Origin: Candidatus Multivoradales bacterium | Lineage (GTDB): Bacteria; Acidobacteriota; Thermoanaerobaculia; Multivoradales; J023 | Assembly: GCA_965248925.1 (NCBI GenBank) | Contig: CBDFLE010000004.1 | Coordinates: 220,748-284,747, forward strand | Direction: 5' to 3' | DNA length: 64,000 nt | In this document: one piece after another, positions 9,101 to 18,194 of the stretch | How positions within the stretch are numbered: position 1 is the first letter of the stretch | Layout: the number at the start of each line of letters is the position of its first letter | Notes under the pieces: model-generated | Seen by the model: only the letters and a program-made list of their open reading frames with translations | Told to the model about the DNA's origin: nothing | The model's database searches: none | Position numbers and translations under genes: made by a program

Positions 9101-12100
9101 CTTCCGGCTGGAGATCGCCGGCGCGCAGCCACTGAAGCCGCTGGAAGTGACGATGGCGGCGCCGGCTGGCACCGCACCAGCTGGCACCGCAGCGGGCAGC
9201 CTCTGGCTGCTGCGCCGGCAGCTCGAGATTGCCGATTTACCGTGGATGGTCCACGCCGAGCTGGCTCTCGATGGCGGTGAGCTGAGCACGATCCACACCG
9301 TGGGCGAAGCCCAATCCGCCAACTCCGGCGAGGTGGGTGGCACCAAGTCAGGCACGTTTGACGTGCCGGCCCCTCTGCGGGTACTGAGCCCGGCAGAAGC
9401 CGCCGCGCGGCTGCCGCGCTCGGGCTTCTTGAGCGCTCTGCCGCCTGCTGACCCAGCGGCTCTGGTCGAGGTCGAGCCGCCCCTGGCCGGCTTGGGAGCG
9501 GCCAAGGCGACCGTTGCCCCCGTCCTGGCGGACTACCTGGTCGGCGTCTCCCGCCCCGGCATCTACCAGGCAGCGAGGGCCGAGGTCGAGCTGGGTTGGA
9601 TCGCCTTCCCCTTCCGTGGCGCCCAAGATCTGGTGGTGCGCACCGCCGAGTTACCCGAGGTGGTGCTGGCGCTCGATGCCGTCAACCGCTCCTTCCTGCC
9701 GCTAGGCGCCGGTGCCTTGCCGGTTGAACTCAGCCCGACGCCATTGAACGCCGATCCCGCCGCGCCGGGGACGCCGGGGACGCCGGGGTCGAAGGCGCCG
9801 CCAGCGGGCGAGCCCAAGGCCGACTCGGTGGAGATCCAGGTGCTCGATTTCGCCGGTGTCGAGCTTTATCGGGTGGTGGTTGACGCCCCGACCCAGCAGG
9901 TGGTGCTGCTGAGCCCCAGCCAGCTACCCAACGCCGGGCCGCCCATGCCGCTGGGCGGTGGGCCGCTGCGCTTCCATGCTTTTAGCGCCGCTCCAGGCAC
10001 TAGCGAGATCGCCGCCGGCATCAGCGCCGAGCTGGAGGGTAACTCGCTCACCGTGCGCGGCGAGGCGGGCAGCGCCGGAGCCGGAGTGGCGGTGCGTCTG
10101 ATCGATCTAGAAAGCTCGAACGTGCTCAGCGCCACGGCGTCTCCAGGCGGTAGCTTCAGCGTCGTCGCCAGTCCGTCGCAGCTCGGCGATCAGCTGGTGC
10201 TGGCGATCTCGGCCAAGCTCACTCCGGGCCAGCCGCTGCGCCTCGACTTCTCAGAAGCCTTGCAAGAAGAGGCGCCAGGAATCCGGGTCGAGCACGACGG
10301 GATGGCCCTGCCCATCACCAAAGAGCCTCTGGGCAGCTGGGCACAGCTGCTGATCCACGGCGGCTGGCAGGCAGGCAAGACCTACAACTTGCGCCTGGAC
10401 TCCACCATGGCCGACGCCGCCGGCTTGCCTTGGGATACTGACCTGACTCTGCCTTTCGAAGTCGCCGAATCGAGCGCCGGCACTAGCTTCGCGCTCGACG
10501 CGGCGCACGACATCGCGCGCCTCGGCTCGTTGCTCTTCGTGGCGGCCGGAGCCGATGGCCTGGCGGTGCTCGACGCCAGCGACCCGCGCCAGCTGAAGAA
10601 CTGGCTGGCGGCTGAGACCTACGTTGATCTGGTCGCGGAGCCAGGTCTACCGGTGCGCGGGGTGGCGACCGACAGCCATGGCCGGGTGGTGGCAGTAGGG
10701 GGTGGCGTCGCCCGCCGGGGGGTGCTGCTGATCCTCGATCCGCAAGAGCTGCCCCAGGGTGCCGCGACGGTGCCCGCGGCGGCGATTCTCGGCCGCACCC
10801 TCCTCACCGAGCCCCAGCTGGCTGGCTCGGGTGCCCCGCCGCTGCTCATCGGGCGGCCGCTGGCGGTCGAGATCTTCAACCGCGATGAGAGCACGAGCTG
10901 GACGGTGGGGGAGGTGGTGCCGCCGGGCCTCACCCTGGCTCCGCCCAGCCCACCGAGCGGCACGGCGGCTGTCTCGCTCACCGTCAGTGGCATGGCGACG
11001 GCGGAGCGTCCGGTGACTCTGCGCAACCTCACCACCGGCGAGCGCGACAGCGCTCGCGTCGGCAGTGCTGGTGGCGGCGGTGCTGGCAGTTTCTCCCTGA
11101 GTCTCAGCGTGCGGCGCGGCGACCGCCTGGAGCTACTGCGCAACGAGCTGTCCTTGGCCTACGTGGCGGGTTACGACGCCGGGGTGGTGACGGTGGATCT
11201 GAACGCCGTCGAAGCGGCCGATGAGGAAGTCGACGATCCTTGGGATGCCTTCGATCTGCTGCGCTACAACACTCACTATTTTGTACCGACCGAGGTGCTG
11301 TGCTCGACGTTTGAGAACGATCAGCGCTTCGACGTGATCGACGCGCGGGTGCTGCCGGCGGCGTCGGAGGGCGAGCCTTGGAGCGTGCTGGCCCTGGTCG
11401 AGAATTATGGCTTGCTGTCGCTGGGTGCCTCGGTCGCTGCGCCGCTGGACAAGCTGGCCTACCGCGACGCTCTCTGCGGCGAGGTCGACGGCAACCGCAA
11501 GCTGGGGGGTCTCGATGTGCTGCCCGGCTACCGCTTCGACCGCAACGGCGACGGTGTGCTGGACGACGAGGAGCCCGAGCGTGACTACGCGCTGCTCACC
11601 AACACCGTCGGTGGCGGCGGTCTTGGCTGGCTGCTGATCGTCGATGTCACCAAGCGCGATGAGCTGCTTCTTGTGGGCCGCATCGAGCTGCCCGGCCCAG
11701 CGACGCGGGTGACTGCTGACCCGGTCGGCCGCCGCGCCCTGGTCTCAGGCCTCGGTGGCGGGGTCTACATCGTCGACCTCGACCGCTGGCCCGAGCTGGG
11801 TGGCGGCGGCGGAACCCCTCAGATCTGGTCGAGCGATCGGGTGGTCGAGCGCTTGAGCTTTGGCGAGGACGTGCGCGCCCCCACCCTGGTGGCTCCAGAA
11901 CTGGGCCTGGCCTTCGCCGGTGGCGTTGCCCGCGGCGTGACCCCCATCAGCACCGGCCTGCCGCGCCTGTCGCTGGTGACCAGCGGCCAGCAGGGACTGC
12001 GTCGGGTCGCCCGGCTGGCGCCATTTGGCGCGCCTACCGCGCCGGAGAGTGCCGAGGAGGGAGCGGAAGAAATACCCGGCGTGATCCGCGTGCAGGCGCA

Positions 12101-15100
12101 GCTTCCTGGTGGCCTGGCCGATGCCGAGGGCAAGATCCGTGTCGACCTCGCGGGCATCGGCCCCGCCGGTTTGCCGGTGCGCGGCCTCGGCGAGGGGCTG
12201 ATGGACGAGCCCATGGCCGAGCTGAAAGACGATAAGGCGCTGGTGCTACAACGGCAGTCGGACAACCCCCTGTCAGAGGGCTACAACGTCTTCCTCTCCG
12301 ACCCGGTGGTGCTGCTGGCTGACGTGCGCGCCTCGGCGCATTTCGAGCGCTCGGAGGCTGAGAAGAAGGTCTGCCGCCGCTGCGACCTGGTGGACGAGGG
12401 GGTCTACTCCGCGGCCGATCTACCTCCCAACGAGCTGCATGTCGAGCTGCTGTCGGGTCACCAGGTCCGCGCCAGCTACAGCGCCAGCTTCGCCACCAGC
12501 CTCAGCGGGCTTTACAACGCCGATCTGCTAGCGGGCTACGCCGTCATCGCCGACAGTGTGCCCTGGGATCTCAGCCCCTCGCCGCACCAGGAGCCGGTGC
12601 TCAATGCCGCCACTAGCGCGATGGCGGCGCCGGGCACCCTCCTGCACTCAGGAGAGATGACCCGCCAGGCGATCGACTTAAGCCTCCAAGGCCGGGGATT
12701 GGACCTCGCCTTGGTGCGCACCTACCGCAGCCAGACAATCAGCAACGGCCCCCTCGGCCCGGGCTGGGATCATGGCTACCGCCTGCGCCTGCGGCTCTTG
12801 CCCAATGGCGATATCGACTTCTTCGACGGCACTGGCCGCCGCGAGACCTTCACCTTGGAAGACGACGGCAAGCTTATGCCGCCCGTCGGCCGCTTCGTCC
12901 AGCTCAAGAAGTACGCCGAGGGCTACACCCTGATCGGCAGCGGCTACCAGCGCTGGCGTTTCGACCGCTGGGGTCGTTTAGTGTCGATGATCGACTCGGT
13001 GCGCACCAGCGAAGGGACCGGCAACGAGATCACCTTCCACTACGACTCCCACTCGCGCCTGGCGCGAATCCACGACGACCTCGACCGCAACACCTTCCTG
13101 CACTACGACGACGAAGGCCGCCTGGAGAAGATCGTCGACTTCAGTGATCGCGACTTCCTCTACCACTACGACGCCCAGGGAAGATTGACCAGTTTCGAGA
13201 CCCCAGACGTCGACCTCGGCAGCGGCAGCAGCCAGCGCCTGTCGACCACCTACGCCTACCATCCCCTTGGCACGGGCCTGGCCGGGCAGCTCACCCAGCG
13301 CGATGATCTGAAAAGCGAGACCGACGCCAAGAGCCAGACCTGGCTCACCCTGCGGTATCAGGACTCCGACGGCAACGGCCGCCCCGATGCGCTCAAAGAA
13401 CAAGACTGGGGAGCGGGGACAGTGCATTTGGCCTTCGATTTCGACGGCCAGCAGACCACCCTGACCGATCGCCGAGGCAAAGTCTGGACCTACCATCTCA
13501 ACGCTGCTGGGCAGGCCACCAGCCTGATCGATCCGAAGTCAGCCAACGGGTCGTGGCAATACGACGGCGAGGGTCTGCTGACCCGCGCCACCCGCCCCTT
13601 GGGTGGGGCTACCCAGATCGAGTATCCGGCGGACACCTCCGGCGACCGCCGCGGCAGAGGCGATGCCCAGCGGATGGTTAAGATCGCCGATGGCCGCGGC
13701 CCCAACGGCTCGCCCAGCGAGCTGGTGACCACCTGGGAATACCACTCACCGACCCACCAGCCCAGCCGAAAAACCGAGCCCGGTGGCGCGGTGACGGTGT
13801 GGGAACGGACGGATAATGGCCTGCCCGAGCAGATCGTGCGGGCCGCTGGCGCGGCGGAGCAGAGCATCACTGGGTTGAGCTACAACGCCCGCGGCCAGCT
13901 GCTGGAAGCCACCAATCCCAACGGCCACGTCACCCGCCACAGCTATTTCACCTCTGGCTCAGAAGAAGGCTACTTGAAGCAAACTGAAGTCGACCCTGGC
14001 GGTCTCAGCCTGGTCACCATTTACGAGCGCAACGATCGCGGCCAGCTGGAGGCGATCACCGATCCGCGAGGCGTGCGCCATGAGACCGAGCTGAACAGGC
14101 TGGATTGGCCGCTGGCCCAGGTAGCCGCCGCCAGCACCAGCGGTTTTCTGGCACCCCTCGGCTACCGCACGACCTGGCGCTACGACGCCAACGGCGACAT
14201 CACCGAAGTGGCCAGCCCCTTCGGCGACGGCTCGACGACGACGATCGAGGTCCGCACCTTCGGCGTGCTCGGCGAGCTGCTGTCGGCCGAGAGAGAGGTG
14301 GCTCCAGGAGGTCGGCGTATTGTAGAGACCTCGACCTATGACCCAAACCTGAACCTCTTGACTCACATCGACGGCGCCGGCCAGCGGGTCGAGCGTGAGT
14401 ACGACGACCGAGGCCAGTTGTCTCTGGTGCGCCGCGGCTTGGGTACCGGCGCATTGGCGACACCGATTGTCGAGCACCAGAGCTACGACCTGGACGGCCA
14501 TTTGAGCAGTCAGCGCGATGGCCGCGGCATGACCTGGGAGGCCGAGCGCGATGGCCATGGCCGGGTGCTGCGCAGCCGCACTCCGCTCGGCCACTACCGA
14601 GAGCAGAGTTACGGCGCGGCCGGCGATCTGGCGGCCACGCTGGCCTTTGACGCCGGTGGCCAGCTGCTGGCCGAGAGTGCTTTCACCCACGATCTGCTAC
14701 ACCGCCGCACCGAGACCACCGCCTGGCGCTGGACTCCCGATCCACAGCAGCCCGACCCCGCTCGGACTGCTGAGAAAACTCACCATCGGTGGGATGTCGC
14801 CAGCAACCTACTCGAAGTCGAAGATCCGCTGGGTCGCCTGACCCGGACCTTCTACGACGCTGCCGAGCGCCCCGAGCGAGTGGAGCTGCCCGAGGGCAAC
14901 GTGCGCCGCACGACCTACGATTCTGGTGGCTTGCCGATTACCGAGCATGCCGACGAGGTCGATCCGGCGGGCGGCTCGCACACCATCACCTATCAATCGA
15001 CTTTCGATGCCCTCGGCCGCCGCCTCAGCCGCCAAGACGGAATCTTCGCCAACCGCACCCTCTGGACGGTGGATGCTCGCGGCCAAGTGACCCTCGAAGT

Positions 15101-18100
15101 CGACCCGACCGGTAGTTTCACCCAGCGCAGCTACGATGGGCTCAACCGGATGACCCGCGAGATCCGTCCGGAAGGGATCTCGGTCGACTACAGTTGGGAC
15201 GACGCCTCGCGCCTCAGCACCTACACCGACGCCCGCGGTCAGGCCACCCGCTGGACCTACGACGCCGTGGGCCGGCGCACCAAAGTGGTCTACCCTGATC
15301 AGCAGCAGGAACGCTGGGTCTATGACCCCACCGGCAACGTTACCGAGCGCCACGATCCTCGCGGCTTGGTCGTGCATCAGAGCTGGGATGACGCTGGGCG
15401 GTTGCAATCACGTACTGTCACCCCGCCGCTGGGCGGCACCCTCGAAGGGCCGGGGGTCGAGGCTTTCACCTTCGACGGCCTCGACCGCCTGACCCGAGCC
15501 CAGTCGGGAAGCGTAGTTACCGAGCGAGTCTACAACTCCCTCTCCCACCTGGCCTCAGAGACGAATGCCGGACGCACCACCAGCTGGCAGCGCAACGCCC
15601 TTGGCGAGCCCACTCGCACTAGCTACCCCTCGGGCCGCCAGGTCGAGCGCGCCTTCGACAATCTCGGCCGAGCCAGCACGGTTGGCGAACCCGGCGCGCC
15701 AGCCTCGATTGCCAGCTACGGCTATCGCGGCCCGGCGATTGCCTACAAGGCTCTCGGCAATGGTCTCCTGGGCAACATAAGCTTCGATGGCTTGCGCCGG
15801 ATGGTGGACAGCAACTTCAGCCTGGCGGGGGAGTCCGCCACCTTCCAGGAGAGTCTGGCCTGGAGTCCCCGCAGCCTCAAGACCGGCCAATCGCGGGGCG
15901 ATCTGGGCGGCGCCGGCCGGGTCTTCGCCTACGATGGCGCGAAGCGCCTGATCGAATCCGCTCGCGTGCCCCCGGCTTTGGCTCAGCGCCCTGGCAACAC
16001 GCCCCCCGACGTGGCCCTGCTGGCCAGCTTGCCCGAACGCACAAGCTACCAGCACGACAACGCCATGAACCTGATTCGCAGCACCACCACCCAGCGTGGC
16101 ATCGAGCAGATCACCGATTTACCGCCGGACAATCGCAATCGTCCCAGCGCTGTCGGCGGCGTTGCCCTCGAATGGGACGCTGCCGGCAACATGAAGCGCA
16201 AGGGCGATATGCAGATGTACTATGATTTCAAGAGCCGACTGACGCGGGTCGCCCGCGCCGGTGTCGAAGTCGCCAAGTATCACTACGACGCCTTCAACCG
16301 CCGGGTGAAGGTCGAGACGCCGACCCACACTGAGGACAGCGTCTGGGACGGCTGGCAATCGTTAGAAACCTATCGCGATGGTGCCTTGGCCTCGCGGCGG
16401 GTCTACGGCAACGGTATCGACGAGATCCTGCAACAAGAGGCCGACCTCGATGGAGATGGCACGGTGGAGCAGACTTACTATCCGATCACCGACAGCACCG
16501 GCAACGTGGCGATGCTGACCGGAGCTGACGGCAAGCCCATCGAGCGCTACTTCTACACCCCGTTTGGCGGGCGCAAAGTGCTGGTCGACTCCACGCCCCC
16601 CGAGGTCGAACAGGTGCGGGTGCAAGACGGTGCACTGTGGATCGAGCTTTCTGAAGAAGTCTCCACCGAAGAACTACAAGCCAGCCTGGCCGACGGTCGC
16701 ATCCAGCTGACCCAGACCAGCGACGGAATGCCCCTGCCGCTGACTCTTGATCTGCCCGTCCAGGAAGGCCGTCAAGCTCGGCGAAGACTCGTGCTGACGC
16801 CGGCCACGCCGCCCACCGACGGCGACAGCCTGCGGCTAGAAGTCGCCGCCAGCGCGCTGAGCGACACCTTCCGCAACCTGGCCAATGCCGGCGTCGACCT
16901 CACCTGGACCTGGTCCGCGGCCCAAGAGGTGCTGCAAGACACCGCCGCGCCGCGGGTCGCCGAAGTCCTGTTGCGATCACGCATCGTCGAGATCCAGTTC
17001 AGCGAAGAAGCCGACCTCGCCGCGGCTGCCAGCGCGATCCTCTTAGACGGTCAGCCCACTAGCTGGACCCTGGCTGAAGACCGATACACCCTGGTCGCAA
17101 GCAATACTCTGGCAGCAGGCACTCACACCCTCGACATTGGTACAGACGCTCTCGACCTCGCCGGCAGCGGCCTGGCCGCTGCCTTCAGTCAAGCCCTCAA
17201 CGTGCCGGCCAGCGGCGACCAGCTGGCCTTCCAGGCCGCCGACCCGCGACTCAGCAGCACCAGTGCCGCCGGCAACGCTCATGGCTTCCATGGCCGGCCG
17301 GTGGATGAGGAAACCGGGCTGCTGTACTTTAGGAACCGTTATGTCGATCCGGAGATGGGGCGGTTTGTTAGCAGCGACCCGATGGGGTATGTGGATGGGC
17401 CTAGTGGGTATCAGTTTGCGGGGAGTTCGCCCGAGGGTTTTAGAGATCCGCTGGGGTTAGCTCTCGTGTTCGGAGGAGACAAGTCATTAGAACTAGCCGT
17501 CGGTCGTCTACGTATTCGTAGTCCACAAATCGATGCCACATTGGCGAAATACGAAGGGCCTGGGGAACCGGATCTGATCTTCCAGAGACAAGGAACGCTG
17601 GCTGCGGATCGCGACGGCGGCAAAGTATTGCAGCATTTCAAGCCGTCCTTCAATCAAAGCGAGTTTTTGCCGATAAACTTCGAAGCAATGGAAGAGGAGA
17701 CCCGCACATGGTTTGCTGATCACGCGAAGGCCAAGTCGGCTAGCGGGCCTAGATGGAAAGGAAATCCAACACTGGAAATTCCGCCAATTTTCTATAACGA
17801 CAGTACTGGCAATGGGAACTGCGATAGTGGGCGGTATATTGACCCGATGTCTGTTCGATTGGAAAGGGCGTATATAGTAGTGAGCGTTAAGGAAAACAGG
17901 GCCGGTAGTGTTGAAGAAGCGTTCAGCTTGATACACGAACTAGGCCATGCTGATCAAGCGGCAAACAATACATGGGACTTTTTATCGAAGACATGCAATG
18001 ATCAAATTTATAGGGAGTTCAGTCTTGAAACCGAATCGTGGATTGGCGTGATCCCTCACGATGAACGCAGCGTGGAAAAGTACGCAGACCAATATCGCAG

Positions 18101-18194
18101 GTCTGTAGGCATTGAACTTGGTGTGGTACCAACAGATTTGAGGAGCAAGAAAGCGTGGCTCAAGAGATTGAAAGAGATTGGATTTCGGAGATGA
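3150..18194 (+). CDS. Giant Rhs/YD-repeat toxin A (~5014 aa): signal peptide, many Ig-like repeats, propeller-like region, DUF6531-like domain, YD shell, Rhs core, HExxH C-terminal tip
   Basis: MPKQLSLRSLLVLQASLGALLLSASAAQA signal peptide; GEN..V.A.D.AGN and FSEP.D Ig repeats; GPLGPGWDHGY; YD repeats; GLLYFRNRYVDPEMGRFVSSDPMG...DPLG; tip from 17457 has lower GC and IHELGH. Confidence 0.92.
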   Translation: MPKQLSLRSLLVLQASLGALLLSASAAQAAPAFISVTPADGTLSSAATVTLTIEVQAATSLQVDGQAVTTVDPSGTVWTAGPYSLSEGERVLVLIAEDASGVQAQQLHRVVRDSLAPVLSLSQPAAAAIVASSPLTVAGTAVDAHLAAVRVGGQVAALSGASFSHSLVLVEGEQTFTVEASDSLGQSGQQSVTVTLDSQPPTVALLEGAQPLAADALFNRSVVLSFSVTDATATTVEALLDGASFVSGTTVSGAGSHVFSVTATDAAGQPTSVSRSFEIDLTAPTFLSFTPSDGTLLAGSQVTLSGVVEGAAALSVEGQAASLVGQSWTAGALQLIEGEREISIVATDLAGNSASFTLHLERDATAPQLIGLVPSVDSVLATSPVAISGTASDAHLLEVRVGGELASLTGSQFSQPAVALVEGENLLPIVATDQVGHQATAELRLVLDTQAPTLSLLVAGVPLQGGAVFAGPVTPEISASDATEVVTSATLDGATYLPGTVIDGDGLHQLSVSASDAAGHQATVLVSFSLDLAAPVFADLAPVAGSVDSAAQVTLTGRAPGAVSVSVDGQAATLAGDGFSAGPFNLSEGERVFLLAATDSGGNVTQLTHRLTRDSTAPQLTLGQPAAGSLLGSTTVDVSGTASDPRLDQVTVNGVLAEISGGAFLARQVALIEGDNVLTVVAADTVGNEVQTTRSVTVDTTPPTVVITDPASGTITPEAGLTLSGSAADPHLDRVEVAGVGASLVGEQWSLAVDLQEGSNTFTVEAFDPLGHSTSASVTVTRDSSAPEIHIESPAEGLYSPAANLTVSGTVVAEPDLTVTVGGVAATIAGSSWSAAAVPLVEGENRLIARVTDALGNQGTHTRVVWRDNQAPEFLSSIPAAGALELPAGSSFRLRFSEPLAAPSGGAYSLSTLAGQALASSAEIDGDDLVITPQAALPSATELRLVLGAGLVDRAGNALAAAHTLAFTVVDGGSPAAPQLDAYASYLCAPAITLAGSAEPGAWIEVDGGASVGAGQVADDGRFAISVVLLPEGPNHLTVIAVDAAGNPSPATSADIVHDCTAPEVLGASREAAGFRIALSETVDPLTLSGSVRVYDSGVEIAGTVSAAVNAGAGELIWTATAALPSVALLVEVEGALADLAGNPLAFPYRQLFDIALGGSFFSGTAIDDASGRPLGGVRAVVTASDGVALAEPWPEQTSGEDGRLVIALPAGTHDVTFARPGYTPVFRVVTTVDGQGTDVFDPRLTPAAAAVSIDASGGLVEGSSEVGTAPRLTLPLAGLASAAAVRLTAVGGQGLAALLPYGWAPRGAVWVDLSAVNLDSSATLDLPVTSADGTVLEAVTLDLATLQWRSLGVVTVSGGEVTMTVDGEGAWAAVEADSGALAPPPAVAGQMLGSSAAPPSGGVTSASLSFDPEVVLPTQRSWVQVLYGLAAEVPSGVPLTLSIEERLELLDGSVRRISPYSADLVLYRDSLGDPTSRFRLRPSAAARSLPVRLGAEQVSVRSYGDETVRGNVLGPDGGVVSSAEGDQVVLPTGALEEPTAVTLSRRTVADLPLAPPAGGTVDGVLELDLAGRRLLLPAELSWSLTPAPAAGTPGLLLGVVEVEGEPRYRAIAELEATATGWRTQAIDAADLAWPGVLEGGLYVFLRLDAAPRFVRGMVLDPGGAPVVGAVVESTTVPWLQISAAEGGYVLPILLDAATLSARRAVTGNAVAVALPAGVAGERVDLDLPLQIVAPWVEQITPSAGTSGVLLGVNPVVRFSEPVDRASLDGAIELRQGGVAVAVALDHQGALVTLLPQATLVPGSEYEVWVGAAVRDLQGYGLSGSVSVLFSTEVVATPAGVDRGRIFLVEPDAQGLARVEGLAGAAPAGTLVFVENLTSFSTTESVQSAGDGSFLLTIGASLEDQLLLHVLIDGGNEVVILLTPFLGADLRTGLAGTGAGEFTTADGITVRYAAGTFAGPSRVQVTPIAMGTLAAAEDFSELLTFRLEIAGAQPLKPLEVTMAAPAGTAPAGTAAGSLWLLRRQLEIADLPWMVHAELALDGGELSTIHTVGEAQSANSGEVGGTKSGTFDVPAPLRVLSPAEAAARLPRSGFLSALPPADPAALVEVEPPLAGLGAAKATVAPVLADYLVGVSRPGIYQAARAEVELGWIAFPFRGAQDLVVRTAELPEVVLALDAVNRSFLPLGAGALPVELSPTPLNADPAAPGTPGTPGSKAPPAGEPKADSVEIQVLDFAGVELYRVVVDAPTQQVVLLSPSQLPNAGPPMPLGGGPLRFHAFSAAPGTSEIAAGISAELEGNSLTVRGEAGSAGAGVAVRLIDLESSNVLSATASPGGSFSVVASPSQLGDQLVLAISAKLTPGQPLRLDFSEALQEEAPGIRVEHDGMALPITKEPLGSWAQLLIHGGWQAGKTYNLRLDSTMADAAGLPWDTDLTLPFEVAESSAGTSFALDAAHDIARLGSLLFVAAGADGLAVLDASDPRQLKNWLAAETYVDLVAEPGLPVRGVATDSHGRVVAVGGGVARRGVLLILDPQELPQGAATVPAAAILGRTLLTEPQLAGSGAPPLLIGRPLAVEIFNRDESTSWTVGEVVPPGLTLAPPSPPSGTAAVSLTVSGMATAERPVTLRNLTTGERDSARVGSAGGGGAGSFSLSLSVRRGDRLELLRNELSLAYVAGYDAGVVTVDLNAVEAADEEVDDPWDAFDLLRYNTHYFVPTEVLCSTFENDQRFDVIDARVLPAASEGEPWSVLALVENYGLLSLGASVAAPLDKLAYRDALCGEVDGNRKLGGLDVLPGYRFDRNGDGVLDDEEPERDYALLTNTVGGGGLGWLLIVDVTKRDELLLVGRIELPGPATRVTADPVGRRALVSGLGGGVYIVDLDRWPELGGGGGTPQIWSSDRVVERLSFGEDVRAPTLVAPELGLAFAGGVARGVTPISTGLPRLSLVTSGQQGLRRVARLAPFGAPTAPESAEEGAEEIPGVIRVQAQLPGGLADAEGKIRVDLAGIGPAGLPVRGLGEGLMDEPMAELKDDKALVLQRQSDNPLSEGYNVFLSDPVVLLADVRASAHFERSEAEKKVCRRCDLVDEGVYSAADLPPNELHVELLSGHQVRASYSASFATSLSGLYNADLLAGYAVIADSVPWDLSPSPHQEPVLNAATSAMAAPGTLLHSGEMTRQAIDLSLQGRGLDLALVRTYRSQTISNGPLGPGWDHGYRLRLRLLPNGDIDFFDGTGRRETFTLEDDGKLMPPVGRFVQLKKYAEGYTLIGSGYQRWRFDRWGRLVSMIDSVRTSEGTGNEITFHYDSHSRLARIHDDLDRNTFLHYDDEGRLEKIVDFSDRDFLYHYDAQGRLTSFETPDVDLGSGSSQRLSTTYAYHPLGTGLAGQLTQRDDLKSETDAKSQTWLTLRYQDSDGNGRPDALKEQDWGAGTVHLAFDFDGQQTTLTDRRGKVWTYHLNAAGQATSLIDPKSANGSWQYDGEGLLTRATRPLGGATQIEYPADTSGDRRGRGDAQRMVKIADGRGPNGSPSELVTTWEYHSPTHQPSRKTEPGGAVTVWERTDNGLPEQIVRAAGAAEQSITGLSYNARGQLLEATNPNGHVTRHSYFTSGSEEGYLKQTEVDPGGLSLVTIYERNDRGQLEAITDPRGVRHETELNRLDWPLAQVAAASTSGFLAPLGYRTTWRYDANGDITEVASPFGDGSTTTIEVRTFGVLGELLSAEREVAPGGRRIVETSTYDPNLNLLTHIDGAGQRVEREYDDRGQLSLVRRGLGTGALATPIVEHQSYDLDGHLSSQRDGRGMTWEAERDGHGRVLRSRTPLGHYREQSYGAAGDLAATLAFDAGGQLLAESAFTHDLLHRRTETTAWRWTPDPQQPDPARTAEKTHHRWDVASNLLEVEDPLGRLTRTFYDAAERPERVELPEGNVRRTTYDSGGLPITEHADEVDPAGGSHTITYQSTFDALGRRLSRQDGIFANRTLWTVDARGQVTLEVDPTGSFTQRSYDGLNRMTREIRPEGISVDYSWDDASRLSTYTDARGQATRWTYDAVGRRTKVVYPDQQQERWVYDPTGNVTERHDPRGLVVHQSWDDAGRLQSRTVTPPLGGTLEGPGVEAFTFDGLDRLTRAQSGSVVTERVYNSLSHLASETNAGRTTSWQRNALGEPTRTSYPSGRQVERAFDNLGRASTVGEPGAPASIASYGYRGPAIAYKALGNGLLGNISFDGLRRMVDSNFSLAGESATFQESLAWSPRSLKTGQSRGDLGGAGRVFAYDGAKRLIESARVPPALAQRPGNTPPDVALLASLPERTSYQHDNAMNLIRSTTTQRGIEQITDLPPDNRNRPSAVGGVALEWDAAGNMKRKGDMQMYYDFKSRLTRVARAGVEVAKYHYDAFNRRVKVETPTHTEDSVWDGWQSLETYRDGALASRRVYGNGIDEILQQEADLDGDGTVEQTYYPITDSTGNVAMLTGADGKPIERYFYTPFGGRKVLVDSTPPEVEQVRVQDGALWIELSEEVSTEELQASLADGRIQLTQTSDGMPLPLTLDLPVQEGRQARRRLVLTPATPPTDGDSLRLEVAASALSDTFRNLANAGVDLTWTWSAAQEVLQDTAAPRVAEVLLRSRIVEIQFSEEADLAAAASAILLDGQPTSWTLAEDRYTLVASNTLAAGTHTLDIGTDALDLAGSGLAAAFSQALNVPASGDQLAFQAADPRLSSTSAAGNAHGFHGRPVDEETGLLYFRNRYVDPEMGRFVSSDPMGYVDGPSGYQFAGSSPEGFRDPLGLALVFGGDKSLELAVGRLRIRSPQIDATLAKYEGPGEPDLIFQRQGTLAADRDGGKVLQHFKPSFNQSEFLPINFEAMEEETRTWFADHAKAKSASGPRWKGNPTLEIPPIFYNDSTGNGNCDSGRYIDPMSVRLERAYIVVSVKENRAGSVEEAFSLIHELGHADQAANNTWDFLSKTCNDQIYREFSLETESWIGVIPHDERSVEKYADQYRRSVGIELGVVPTDLRSKKAWLKRLKEIGFRR

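Noticed and set aside
11110-11125. RGD tripeptide in Rhs suggesting integrin binding
   Set aside because: Expected by chance in a 5000-aa Gly/Arg-rich protein; no supporting context.
3210-17291. Many antisense and alternate-frame ORFs within the rhs genes
   Set aside because: Shadow ORFs caused by high-GC codon bias.
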